From IMG/VR virus record IMGVR_UViG_3300045988_065743: a DNA stretch of 40,189 bases. The stretch is one strand, 5' to 3'. Shown here piece after piece: positions 1 through 7,398 of the stretch. The stretch is from a virus. The translations under genes were made by a program, and so were the position numbers. Every line of letters begins with the position of its first letter. Within the stretch, counting starts at the first letter, position 1. A model generated the notes under the pieces. The model was not told where the DNA came from. It made no database searches and saw only the letters and a list, made by a program, of their open reading frames with translations.

Positions 1-33
1 CTGTCAGACTTTATGCGGGGTGACGCAACATGA
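1..33 (+). CDS. 3' end (LSDFMRGDAT*) of the zinc-ribbon protein gene; duplicate of 40071-40103
   Basis: In-frame continuation of the ORF ending at 40103; present here only because of the terminal overlap. Confidence 0.8.
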   Translation: MSDFMRGDAT

Positions 34-119
34 GCGAGAACGGAGGAAAAGGAATGCTTAAATCATTTGATGATCTTGTAAAACTGGATGTGCGCCCTTA
101 CTGCGATGTGCGGGACGCA
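1..119. repeat. Terminal overlap, copy 1 (identical to 40071-40189)
   Basis: By eye, ctgtcagactttatgcggggtgacgcaacatgagcg...gtgcgggacgca is identical at both ends of the window. Confidence 0.95.
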
Positions 120-698
120 AAGGACGAAAGTGGGAAATTGATTAAAGTCCCCTATCTGAGCTGGGCAAAGTGCGTGAAACTCCTGCACGACAACGGCGCG
201 GAATCCGTTTGGTATGCGCCCGTTGAATGCCCGGAAACAAAGACATATCTTTGGCCGCAGGCAAAAGTAGTCACGAGCAAGGGGCGGGAAACCGAGTGCT
301 GGTTTGTGCGGGTACTGATCCACATTGACGGGATGGAATACACCTATGACACCCCCTTGCTTAACGGATCGCTTGTTGTATACACCGATACGCTAAACCA
401 ACTACGCATAAACAATGCGCTGGCGAGAGCGTTTGTGAAAGGCGTGGCCATCCGCACGGGGCTTGGATTTGACTTGTGGGCGGAGGGAGATTCCGACGAT
501 GGCGAGGACGATTTGAGCCGCCATAGCATTTGGGCAATCAAAGAGCGGCTGGAAAGGCTCATCACCATCAAGGAAAAGAACGGCCTTGACCACCGCGATT
601 TGCTGGCCAGTGTTGGCATTAGCGACAAGCAGTTAAATAGCCTTATGGGTTATTTTGCAACGATTGACAAGCTTGAAAAGGCGGTCAGCAAGCTATGA
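30..698 (+). CDS. Single-strand annealing protein, Sak/DUF1071 (Rad52-like) family
   Basis: 222 aa. PYLSWAKCVKLL and NNALARAFVKGVAIRTGLGFDLWAEGD match the YLSWA and GLG..L..GED hallmark blocks of Sak-type annealases. Acidic tail. ATGA-coupled to an exonuclease gene. Confidence 0.8.
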   Translation: MSENGGKGMLKSFDDLVKLDVRPYCDVRDAKDESGKLIKVPYLSWAKCVKLLHDNGAESVWYAPVECPETKTYLWPQAKVVTSKGRETECWFVRVLIHIDGMEYTYDTPLLNGSLVVYTDTLNQLRINNALARAFVKGVAIRTGLGFDLWAEGDSDDGEDDLSRHSIWAIKERLERLITIKEKNGLDHRDLLASVGISDKQLNSLMGYFATIDKLEKAVSKL

Positions 699-1282
699 TA
701 CGGAACCACGATAGGAGCGGATGGTTTGGCGCGTCGGACACGGCCACGATTATGGGATCTTGGGACACAGAAACATTCCGCAGATGGTGGGCGGTAAAGC
801 TTGGTATTCGGCAAGACCATTTTTCCAATGCGGCGATGCAGGCCGGGACAGCATACGAACACAAGATACTGGATGCCGCGAATGTCCAAACGAGAGATAG
901 GCAGATTAAAGTGCGCCGTTTGCGGCTGCGTGTGAATTACGACGGGGAAACCAACGACATGATACACGAGGTCAAAACGCACAGCAAGCCCGTTTTTAAG
1001 GTCACCAAGGGATATTGGATGCAGTGCCAAGCGGAGATGTACGCCAGCGGTTGCGGAATCTTTAGAGAGCGGAAAGCCTGCCAAATCATCGCATATCGGA
1101 TGACACCGGCGGAATACGAGAATTTTTTCCTTCCGATCGACATGAACAGACTTTCCGCCCACAAGGTCGAGTATGACAGCGAGTGGGTGGAATCGCAGTA
1201 TCTCCCACGCCTGCGATATTTGGCGAAATGCTTAAAGCGCGGGAAGTGGCCGCAGTCAGAGGAGGTAATATGCAGCAAGTAA
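695..1282 (+). CDS. YqaJ-like (lambda Exo-type, PD-(D/E)XK) recombination exonuclease
   Basis: 195 aa. N-terminal GASDTATIMG motif and a D...EVK block (NYDGETNDMIHEVKT). Directly follows the annealase. Confidence 0.75.
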   Translation: MIRNHDRSGWFGASDTATIMGSWDTETFRRWWAVKLGIRQDHFSNAAMQAGTAYEHKILDAANVQTRDRQIKVRRLRLRVNYDGETNDMIHEVKTHSKPVFKVTKGYWMQCQAEMYASGCGIFRERKACQIIAYRMTPAEYENFFLPIDMNRLSAHKVEYDSEWVESQYLPRLRYLAKCLKRGKWPQSEEVICSK

Positions 1283-1830
1283 CCGTTGATGCCGTGCGGT
1301 GGCAGCAGGACAGCGATGGGGCGTGGCTGTGCCTGCGTGTACAGTCCCCCGCCTCTGCAATGGCCATCTGCGATGAGATGCAGCCGGACAAGCAGTATGT
1401 GGCGCAGATTAAACGCAAGGGCAGAAGCCTTGACGCAAATGCTTATGCGTGGGTTTTGCTGGATAAATTGGCGGCACACTATGGGATTCCGAGGAACGAT
1501 GTGTACCGGGAAGAAATCAAGAGCATCGGTGGCGTGAGCGATGTTGTGTGCATGGTATCAAAGGCGGCAGATGATTTCTGCCGAAAATGGGAATCCAAGG
1601 GAACGGGCTGGATGGCCGAGCAATGTCCGAGCAAAATTCCCGGCTGCGTGAATGTGACCGTCTGGTACGGCTCCAGCACCTACGATGTGGAACAGATGAG
1701 CCGCCTTATCGACCAAATTGTTTCCGATTGCAGGGAAGTAAACATCGAGACGCTGACCCCGCAAGAGCTGGATTCCCTGAAATCTCGCTGGGGCGAAGCC
1801 CAGCCGCTGGGGGGTGATAAAGGTGACTGA
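1270..1830 (+). CDS. NinB/Orf-like recombination mediator (family assignment tentative)
   Basis: ATG at 1270 follows AGAGGAGG. KGRSLDANAYAWVLLDKLA resembles the RSLDQN..LW core of lambda NinB. The C-terminal ...LKSRWG is also NinB-like. Confidence 0.5.
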   Translation: MQQVTVDAVRWQQDSDGAWLCLRVQSPASAMAICDEMQPDKQYVAQIKRKGRSLDANAYAWVLLDKLAAHYGIPRNDVYREEIKSIGGVSDVVCMVSKAADDFCRKWESKGTGWMAEQCPSKIPGCVNVTVWYGSSTYDVEQMSRLIDQIVSDCREVNIETLTPQELDSLKSRWGEAQPLGGDKGD

Positions 1831-2104
1831 CGAGAGACGGTGTTTCCTGTGCGGCAGAAATGGCGCAAGTGACCCGCTGGAGCGGCACCACATCTTCGGT
1901 GGGGCATACCGAAACAAAAGCGAGAAATACGGCCTTGTGGTGTATCTCTGCGGCGATAAGTGCCACAGGAACGGTGGGAACGCTGTACACCGCAACGGGA
2001 ATCAAATGCGCCTGCTGCGCCGATATGGTCAGTTAAAGGCCATGCGGGAGCAGGGCTGGACGGAAGATGACTTCCGGCGAGAATTCGGGAAAAGCTATTT
2101 GTAA
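1814..2104 (+). CDS. Small zinc-binding HNH-like protein
   Basis: 96 aa with CFLCG...ERHHIFGG...LCGDKCHRNGGNAVH (CxxC, HH, CxxxCH). GTG start at 1814; GTG at 1823 is also possible. Confidence 0.45.
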   Translation: MIKVTDERRCFLCGRNGASDPLERHHIFGGAYRNKSEKYGLVVYLCGDKCHRNGGNAVHRNGNQMRLLRRYGQLKAMREQGWTEDDFRREFGKSYL

Positions 2105-2115
2105 GGAGGAAAAAG

Positions 2116-2493
2116 ATGGTAAACAGAATGATTTTGCAGGGGCGGCTTTGCTCTGACCCCGAACGCAGAGCCACACAGAACGGGACAACGGTGTGCAGCT
2201 TCCGCGTGGCGTGGAGCGAGAAGGTAAAGGACAGAGAAACAAAGCTGTTCCTCCCCTGTGTGGCATGGCAGGGAACGGCAGAGCTGATCTGCACCCACTT
2301 TACCAAAGGCAAGGAGATCATCGTGGAGGGCAAGCTCTCCAGCCGGGATTATGAGGACAAGGCCGGCAACAAGCGCACCGTGGTGGAGCTGACTGCTGAC
2401 AAGGTGCATTTCTGCGGCAGCAAGGACGCTACGCAGAAGCCTACACAGACCTTCACGGAGATTTCCGAGGAAGACGTCGATTTGCCGTTCTAA
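2116..2493 (+). CDS. ssb: Single-stranded DNA-binding protein
   Basis: 125 aa with an OB-fold SSB signature (MVNRMILQGRLCSDPERR...TKLFLPCVAW...VEGKLSSRDYEDKAGNKR) and an acidic C-terminal tip EEDVDLPF. Strong RBS. Confidence 0.9.
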   Translation: MVNRMILQGRLCSDPERRATQNGTTVCSFRVAWSEKVKDRETKLFLPCVAWQGTAELICTHFTKGKEIIVEGKLSSRDYEDKAGNKRTVVELTADKVHFCGSKDATQKPTQTFTEISEEDVDLPF

Positions 2494-2509
2494 TTGGAGG
2501 TGACGAGGG

Positions 2510-2683
2510 ATGACATTTGACGCGATTATTCACGATGCCGACAGCCTCCGAGACGCACTTTCCGATTCTCTTACTAACAATGTCTTACGAATTGATAATC
2601 TTTCGGAGGAGGATGCAGGGCAGTTAGCCAGCATTTTTACGGATCACGGAATCGGTATTTGCCTACTTCCGCGCAAGGAGTAA
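2510..2683 (+). CDS. Hypothetical small protein (57 aa)
   Basis: ATG at 2510 lies behind GGAGGTGACGAGGG. The ORF MTFDAIIHDADSLRDAL...LLPRKE fills the gap between ssb and the HNH gene. It is below the ORF-track cutoff. Confidence 0.45.
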   Translation: MTFDAIIHDADSLRDALSDSLTNNVLRIDNLSEEDAGQLASIFTDHGIGICLLPRKE

Positions 2684-2687
2684 GTGC

Positions 2688-3149
2688 ATGGCGGATATGA
2701 CATACATCAAGCTGTTCATCGATTACTTAGATGCGATAGAACCGCTCGGTGACGCAGAGAGGGGGCGGCTTTTCACTTCCTTGTTGGTTTATGCAAGGAC
2801 GGGCGAAGCCCCGCAGCTCGGCGGGAACGAACGGTTTTTATTCCCGATGATGCGGGCGCAGATCGACAGGGACAAGCCAAAATACAAGCGAGGAGAAAAC
2901 CACCCAAACTGGAAAGGCGGGATAACACCGGAAAACCAGAGAGAACGCGGTAGCTCAAAATACAGTAACTGGAGAAAGGATGTCTTTTCTCGGGATAATT
3001 ATACTTGCCAAATTTGTGGCATAAAAGGAGGAAAGCTGAACGCACACCATATAAAGCATTGGTCGGCATGCAAGGAACTACGGTTTTCTGCGGAAAATGG
3101 AATTACCCTCTGCGAATCATGCCACAAACAGATACACAGGAGAAAATGA
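2688..3149 (+). CDS. HNH endonuclease fused to a copy of the replisome-organizer N-terminal domain
   Basis: The C-terminus NYTCQICG...LNAHHIKHW...ENGITLCESCHKQIH is an HNH motif. The N-terminal ~60 aa (LGDAERGRLFTSLLVYARTGE...FLFPMMRAQIDRD) is paralogous to the start of the next gene. Confidence 0.8.
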   Translation: MADMTYIKLFIDYLDAIEPLGDAERGRLFTSLLVYARTGEAPQLGGNERFLFPMMRAQIDRDKPKYKRGENHPNWKGGITPENQRERGSSKYSNWRKDVFSRDNYTCQICGIKGGKLNAHHIKHWSACKELRFSAENGITLCESCHKQIHRRK

Positions 3150-3152
3150 GTC

Positions 3153-3773
3153 ATGGGGAAATGCTATGTCAAGGCTTATTATGACTGGATTGAGCAAACA
3201 GCCGCTTTGTCAGATGCCGAGCGAGGGAGACTATTTATCGCCGTACTGGAATACGCGCGGTCAGGTCTTGAACCAAAACTCGACGGGCGAGAAGGCATTC
3301 TGTTTCCGGTATTCCGAGCCACATTAGACCGAGATAATAAAATTTCAGAAACCAATTCAAAAAATGGTTCGCTTGGCGGGCGCGGCAACAAAGCGTACGA
3401 AAGCGAACGAAAGCGAAATAAAGCGACCGAAAGCGAACAAAAGGCTACTAAAGACAAAGACAAAGACAAAGACAAAGACAAAGACAAAGACAAAGACAAT
3501 AGCGCGTCGCCGTTTGAATCGTTTTGGGCGGCATATCCCAGAAAAGTCGGAAAGCAGGCCGCAAAGAAAGCATTTTCCAAGGTTTCCGTGCCGGTTAAAA
3601 CGCTTATCGATGCCGTCAACAGTCAGAAAAACAGCGAACAGTGGCGCAAGGATAACGGTCAATACATCCCAAACCCAGCCACATGGCTGAATCAAGGCCG
3701 ATGGGATGATGTGCTGACGGAGGCCGGAGCGCAACCAACGAAGGAGGAATACCATGTCGGAACATGGCTGTGA
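3153..3773 (+). CDS. Replisome organizer / DnaD-like replication initiation protein
   Basis: N-terminal LSDAERGRLFIAVLEYARSG domain, a (KD)8 linker, and a C-terminal FESFWAAYPRKVGK...IPNPATWLNQGRWDD block common in phage replication proteins. Sits just upstream of the loader. Confidence 0.65.
   Translation: MGKCYVKAYYDWIEQTAALSDAERGRLFIAVLEYARSGLEPKLDGREGILFPVFRATLDRDNKISETNSKNGSLGGRGNKAYESERKRNKATESEQKATKDKDKDKDKDKDKDKDNSASPFESFWAAYPRKVGKQAAKKAFSKVSVPVKTLIDAVNSQKNSEQWRKDNGQYIPNPATWLNQGRWDDVLTEAGAQPTKEEYHVGTWL
3390..3449 (+). repeat. Five to six tandem 10-bp iteron-like repeats (AAAGCGAACG consensus) inside the organizer gene; candidate ori
   Basis: aaagcgtacg aaagcgaacg aaagcgaaat aaagcgaccg aaagcgaaca aaaggctact, an exact 10-bp register. 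Confidence 0.6.
3450..3497 (+). repeat. (AAAGAC)x8 hexanucleotide tandem repeat encoding (KD)8
   Basis: Eight perfect copies were counted directly. In frame within the organizer CDS. Confidence 0.95.
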
Positions 3774-4422
3774 CATCTGCGGCGGGCTTGGCTACACCGT
3801 CCGGCGCACGGAAAACGGCGAGCTGGTGAGCAGCACTTGCAAATGCGAGATCATCCGGCAAAACAGAATTCGCATGGAGCGTTCCGGGCTGGCCGGTATG
3901 CTGGATAACTGCACATTCGAGGCATTCCAAACACGGGAGTATTGGCAACAGGCCGCAAAGCAAGCGGCGGAGAAGTATTTGACCGACTGGAAGGGCAAGT
4001 GGTTTTTCGTCGGCGGCTCTCCCGGAACTGGGAAAACCCACCTGTGTACGGCGATTTGTGCCAAGCTGATGGACGGCGGAATCCCTGTCCGGTATGTGCA
4101 ATGGCGGGGAGATATTCCGGCAATCAAGGCAAAAGTAAACGATGCGGAAGCATACGCCGAAGCCATGCACCCGCTGAAAACCGTCCGTGCGCTTTATATC
4201 GACGATTTTCTAAAGGGCAGCGTTACAGATGCCGACAAAAACATCGCCTTTGACCTGCTGAATGCCCGGTACATTGACCCGGATGCAATCACGATCATCT
4301 CCACGGAGTTGACCATTGACCGCATTTTGAGCTGGGATGAAGCCATCGGCAGCAGAATCAACCAGCGGGCGAGGGATTATATGCTTAACATCGGGAAAAA
4401 GCAGAATTGGAGGCTGAAATGA
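3754..4422 (+). CDS. DnaC/IstB-like AAA+ helicase loader
   Basis: 222 aa. Walker A GGSPGTGKTHL, Walker B ALYIDDF, and an N-terminal CxxC...CKC zinc motif. RBS AGGAGG. Confidence 0.85.
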   Translation: MSEHGCDICGGLGYTVRRTENGELVSSTCKCEIIRQNRIRMERSGLAGMLDNCTFEAFQTREYWQQAAKQAAEKYLTDWKGKWFFVGGSPGTGKTHLCTAICAKLMDGGIPVRYVQWRGDIPAIKAKVNDAEAYAEAMHPLKTVRALYIDDFLKGSVTDADKNIAFDLLNARYIDPDAITIISTELTIDRILSWDEAIGSRINQRARDYMLNIGKKQNWRLK

Positions 4423-4425
4423 TTG

Positions 4426-5835
4426 ATGGGGAGAACGGAGATGAAGCACCTCGGCGATATTACGAAAATCAACGGCGCAGAAATTGAAATCGTGGATGTT
4501 ATAACGGGCGGCTCGCCGTGCCAGGATTTGAGCATTGCAGGAAAACGCACTGGATTGGCGGGAGCGCGAAGCGGCCTGTTTATGGAGCAGGTACGCATCG
4601 TAAAAGAAATGAGAGCGGAGGACAAACGGAATGGACGGACAGGTGACATGGTCCGACCTCGGTTTCTCGTTTGGGAGAACGTTGTCGGAGCATTCAGCAG
4701 CAACAAAGGAAAAGACTTCGCAGCCGTGCTGGAAGAAATTGCGCGTATTGCACAACCAGGATTTTCTCTATCTGAACTGCCGGAAAAGTGGAAATGGACA
4801 AAAGCAGGAGCCATTGACGGTGATGGGTGGTCTATCGCTTGGCGAACTCATAACGCTAAATGCTGGGGAAAAACCATCCGAGACAGCCGTACAGGAAATG
4901 TTATCTGTCTGGGGACCCCACAGCGTCGCCGAAGAATCTCGGTTGTCGCAGATTTTGGAGGTGAATCCGCTGCCCAAATACAATTTGACCGCGAAAGCGT
5001 GTCTGGGCATCCTGCGGAGAGCGGAGCGTCGGGGGAAAGACTTGCAGAAGCTGCTGAAAGCGGTTTTAATCCGGCAGTCGCAAGGAGCCTTACCGCAAGA
5101 GCGGACGGAAGCCCCTGCGCCGACAGAGGCCCCAATAATGACTGCGCACCTGCATTGACTGCAGCGGCTGGCATGAGTGGGAACAATCAGCCAGTAGTGG
5201 CTATCCCCATCAACGACAAAGCCACCAGATGGCAGGGCGGTGGAGAGAGCCGCAACCACGATGGAAGCGGCAACGGTCTTGGCATCGGCAAAGAAGGCGA
5301 CCCATCACCCACACTGACCGCTGGCGACCGCCACGGGGTAGCATATATCTCAGGGTTTGACGGCTACAATGGCGGCCTGACCGGTGATGTCGCATCCACG
5401 ATTGGCATCAACTGCGGAATGTCCACTGGGCGAAGTGGCGTTATGGAACTATCTGCCAATGAGAATGGCGGAATGGCGCAGAACATGGTCGCGCGACGCC
5501 TTACCCCGATGGAGTGCGAACGGCTGCAAGGTTTCCCGGACGGATGGACCGACATCGGCGAGTGGCGCGACAGCAAGGGAAAGCTGCGCAAGCCGAGCGA
5601 CAGCCCGCGCTACAAGGCACTGGGTAACTCCATCGCCCTGCCCTTCTGGGATTTCCTGGCAAAGCGTATCAGTGCGCAATATCTTCGCCCTGTTACGATG
5701 GGGAGCCTGTTCGACGGCATTGGCGGCTTTCCGCTGGTGTTTGAGCGGCACAACGGCAAGGGCACGGCACGCTGGGCAAGCGAGATCGAGGAATTTCCTA
5801 TCGCCGTGACGAAACTGAGATTTGGGGAGGATTGA
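4426..5835 (+). CDS. DNA (cytosine-5)-methyltransferase, circularly permuted (motif order IV-VI-VIII-TRD-IX-X-I-II)
   Basis: Motif positions: GGSPCQDLS 4507-4533, VWENV 4669-4683, QRRRR 4921-4935, RLTPMECERLQGFP, YKALGNSIALP 5611-5643, MGSLFDGIGGF 5698-5730, WASEIE 5773-5790. The start is ambiguous (TTG 4423, ATG 4426 or ATG 4441). Confidence 0.8.
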   Translation: MGRTEMKHLGDITKINGAEIEIVDVITGGSPCQDLSIAGKRTGLAGARSGLFMEQVRIVKEMRAEDKRNGRTGDMVRPRFLVWENVVGAFSSNKGKDFAAVLEEIARIAQPGFSLSELPEKWKWTKAGAIDGDGWSIAWRTHNAKCWGKTIRDSRTGNVICLGTPQRRRRISVVADFGGESAAQIQFDRESVSGHPAESGASGERLAEAAESGFNPAVARSLTARADGSPCADRGPNNDCAPALTAAAGMSGNNQPVVAIPINDKATRWQGGGESRNHDGSGNGLGIGKEGDPSPTLTAGDRHGVAYISGFDGYNGGLTGDVASTIGINCGMSTGRSGVMELSANENGGMAQNMVARRLTPMECERLQGFPDGWTDIGEWRDSKGKLRKPSDSPRYKALGNSIALPFWDFLAKRISAQYLRPVTMGSLFDGIGGFPLVFERHNGKGTARWASEIEEFPIAVTKLRFGED

Positions 5836-5836
5836 C

Positions 5837-6136
5837 ATGACCACATTACGCATGATTCCCGGCATTACATACACCCGGAAAAACCTTGAAGCGCTCACCG
5901 GTATGACGGACAGAGCGAACAGGCACATGATCCGAGCGCAGCGGCGGCAGGGGGTGCCCATTGTGGCTCTGCCGGATGGAGGGTATAAACTGGCGGAGAC
6001 GGACGAGGAGAAGAAGATGCTCCTTGCCATGTACCGCAAGCGGGCGCTGGACGAGCTGGCCACATACAGCATGCTTGCAAAGGCTATGCAGGTGGATGGG
6101 CAGATGGAGGTGGCGGGAGATGGAACGGCGGTTTAA
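5837..6136 (+). CDS. Hypothetical small protein, possibly winged-helix
   Basis: ATG at 5837 behind GGGGAGG; 99 aa. Basic/helical core (RANRHMIRAQRRQGVPIVALPDGGYKL). Overlaps the next gene's start. Confidence 0.5.
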   Translation: MTTLRMIPGITYTRKNLEALTGMTDRANRHMIRAQRRQGVPIVALPDGGYKLAETDEEKKMLLAMYRKRALDELATYSMLAKAMQVDGQMEVAGDGTAV

Positions 6137-7199
6137 CACTCCGTTGACGAACGAGGCTGCCAAGAAATTGCTATCCCTTGATTTGGATGACAAGATCATC
6201 ACCAGCGTTGAGAAACTGGATGAGTGGTACACCGCGTGGGGCGGACAGTGTTATGTCAGCGTCTCTGGCGGCAAGGACAGCACGGTGCTGGCGTATCTGG
6301 CGGCGTGGTACCTGTCGAGCTTCAGGACACCGCCGTGGGAGCTGAACTTGGTGTTTGTGAACACGGGGCTGGAATATCCAGAGATACAGAAGTTCGTGAA
6401 TGAGCACGCCGCGTGGCTGCGGAGAGAGTTTTCTCACGTGACTGTCAATCTTGTACGCTTGCGTCCGAAGATGAACATCCGGCAGGTGGTGACGAAGTAC
6501 GGGTACAGCATCATCGGTAAAGAAGTAGCGCACCGGATAGAAACCGCGCGGCGTTCACCAGATAGCCGAAGTATGAAGCTATTGCGTGGGGAAGTCTTAC
6601 GCACCGATGGGGAAAAGAGCATATACAACTGCGAAAAGTGGGAGCATTTGCTTTCGGCTCCATTCCTCATATCCGACAAGTGTTGTGGAATTATGAAAAA
6701 GTCCCCGGCAAAGAGCTATGAGCACCGAGCAGATGCCAAACCCACGACGGCAACAATGGCGGAGGAAAGTCTTCTGCGGATGCAAAAATGGCGCGAAACC
6801 GGCTGCAACGCCTTTGAAGGAAGGCGCCCGATGGGAAAGCCCATGAGCTTTTGGACGGAGCAGGACGTACTACGGTTTATCGTAGATCGGCATATCCCTA
6901 TCGCAAGTGTCTACGGCGATATCGTAGCCAGTGACGGCGAGAACGACTATGCGGAAACGCTGATCGACTGCAAGCTGCATTGCACGGGTTGCCAGCGCAC
7001 GGGGTGCATGTTCTGTGCGTTCGGCGCTCATCTTGAAAAAGGCGAGAACCGATTTGAGCGCATGAAGCACACGCACCCGAAGCACTACGACTTTTGCATC
7101 GGCGGCGGGGCTTACGATCCTGCTGACGGGATGTGGAAGCCAACTGAAAAGGGGCTTGGCTACGCCAGAGTATTGGACTACATCGGAGTGAGGTATTGA
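6120..7199 (+). CDS. PP-loop ATP pyrophosphatase, PAPS-reductase-family protein with a C-terminal Cys cluster
   Basis: Start chosen at ATG 6120 (RBS GGAGGTGG). SVSGGKDST PP-loop. C-terminal CKLHCTGCQRTGCMFC cluster. Confidence 0.75.
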   Translation: MERRFNTPLTNEAAKKLLSLDLDDKIITSVEKLDEWYTAWGGQCYVSVSGGKDSTVLAYLAAWYLSSFRTPPWELNLVFVNTGLEYPEIQKFVNEHAAWLRREFSHVTVNLVRLRPKMNIRQVVTKYGYSIIGKEVAHRIETARRSPDSRSMKLLRGEVLRTDGEKSIYNCEKWEHLLSAPFLISDKCCGIMKKSPAKSYEHRADAKPTTATMAEESLLRMQKWRETGCNAFEGRRPMGKPMSFWTEQDVLRFIVDRHIPIASVYGDIVASDGENDYAETLIDCKLHCTGCQRTGCMFCAFGAHLEKGENRFERMKHTHPKHYDFCIGGGAYDPADGMWKPTEKGLGYARVLDYIGVRY

Positions 7200-7200
7200 G

Positions 7201-7398
7201 ATGACGGTATACATGCGAGTGAGCCGGGACAAGTACGAGCTGCCGGAGGCGGTGTCCGATTCCATCATTGAGCTTGCCAATATGTGCCATATTAACTGGC
7301 GCTCTATCTACAAGGCAGTATACAACAGCGGCAGACGGTACAAAGGACGGCCCGGCTATGTGGCGGTGTCCATCGAGGAAGGGGAGGAAGATGATTAA
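7201..7398 (+). CDS. Hypothetical protein (65 aa)
   Basis: RBS-preceded ORF packed tightly between neighbours, with an acidic tail EEGEEDD. Confidence 0.5.
   Translation: MTVYMRVSRDKYELPEAVSDSIIELANMCHINWRSIYKAVYNSGRRYKGRPGYVAVSIEEGEEDD

Noticed and set aside
3450-3497. Perfect short tandem repeats, considered as a possible CRISPR-like or non-coding array
   Set aside because: The 6-bp units have no spacers and are in frame within a CDS, encoding a (KD)8 linker. This is not a CRISPR array.
5961-6119. N-terminal extension of the PAPS-reductase-like ORF (ORF-track start 5961)
   Set aside because: The extension is Arg/Trp/Cys-rich and overlaps the upstream gene in another frame. ATG 6120 has a good RBS, and the conserved domain begins just after it.
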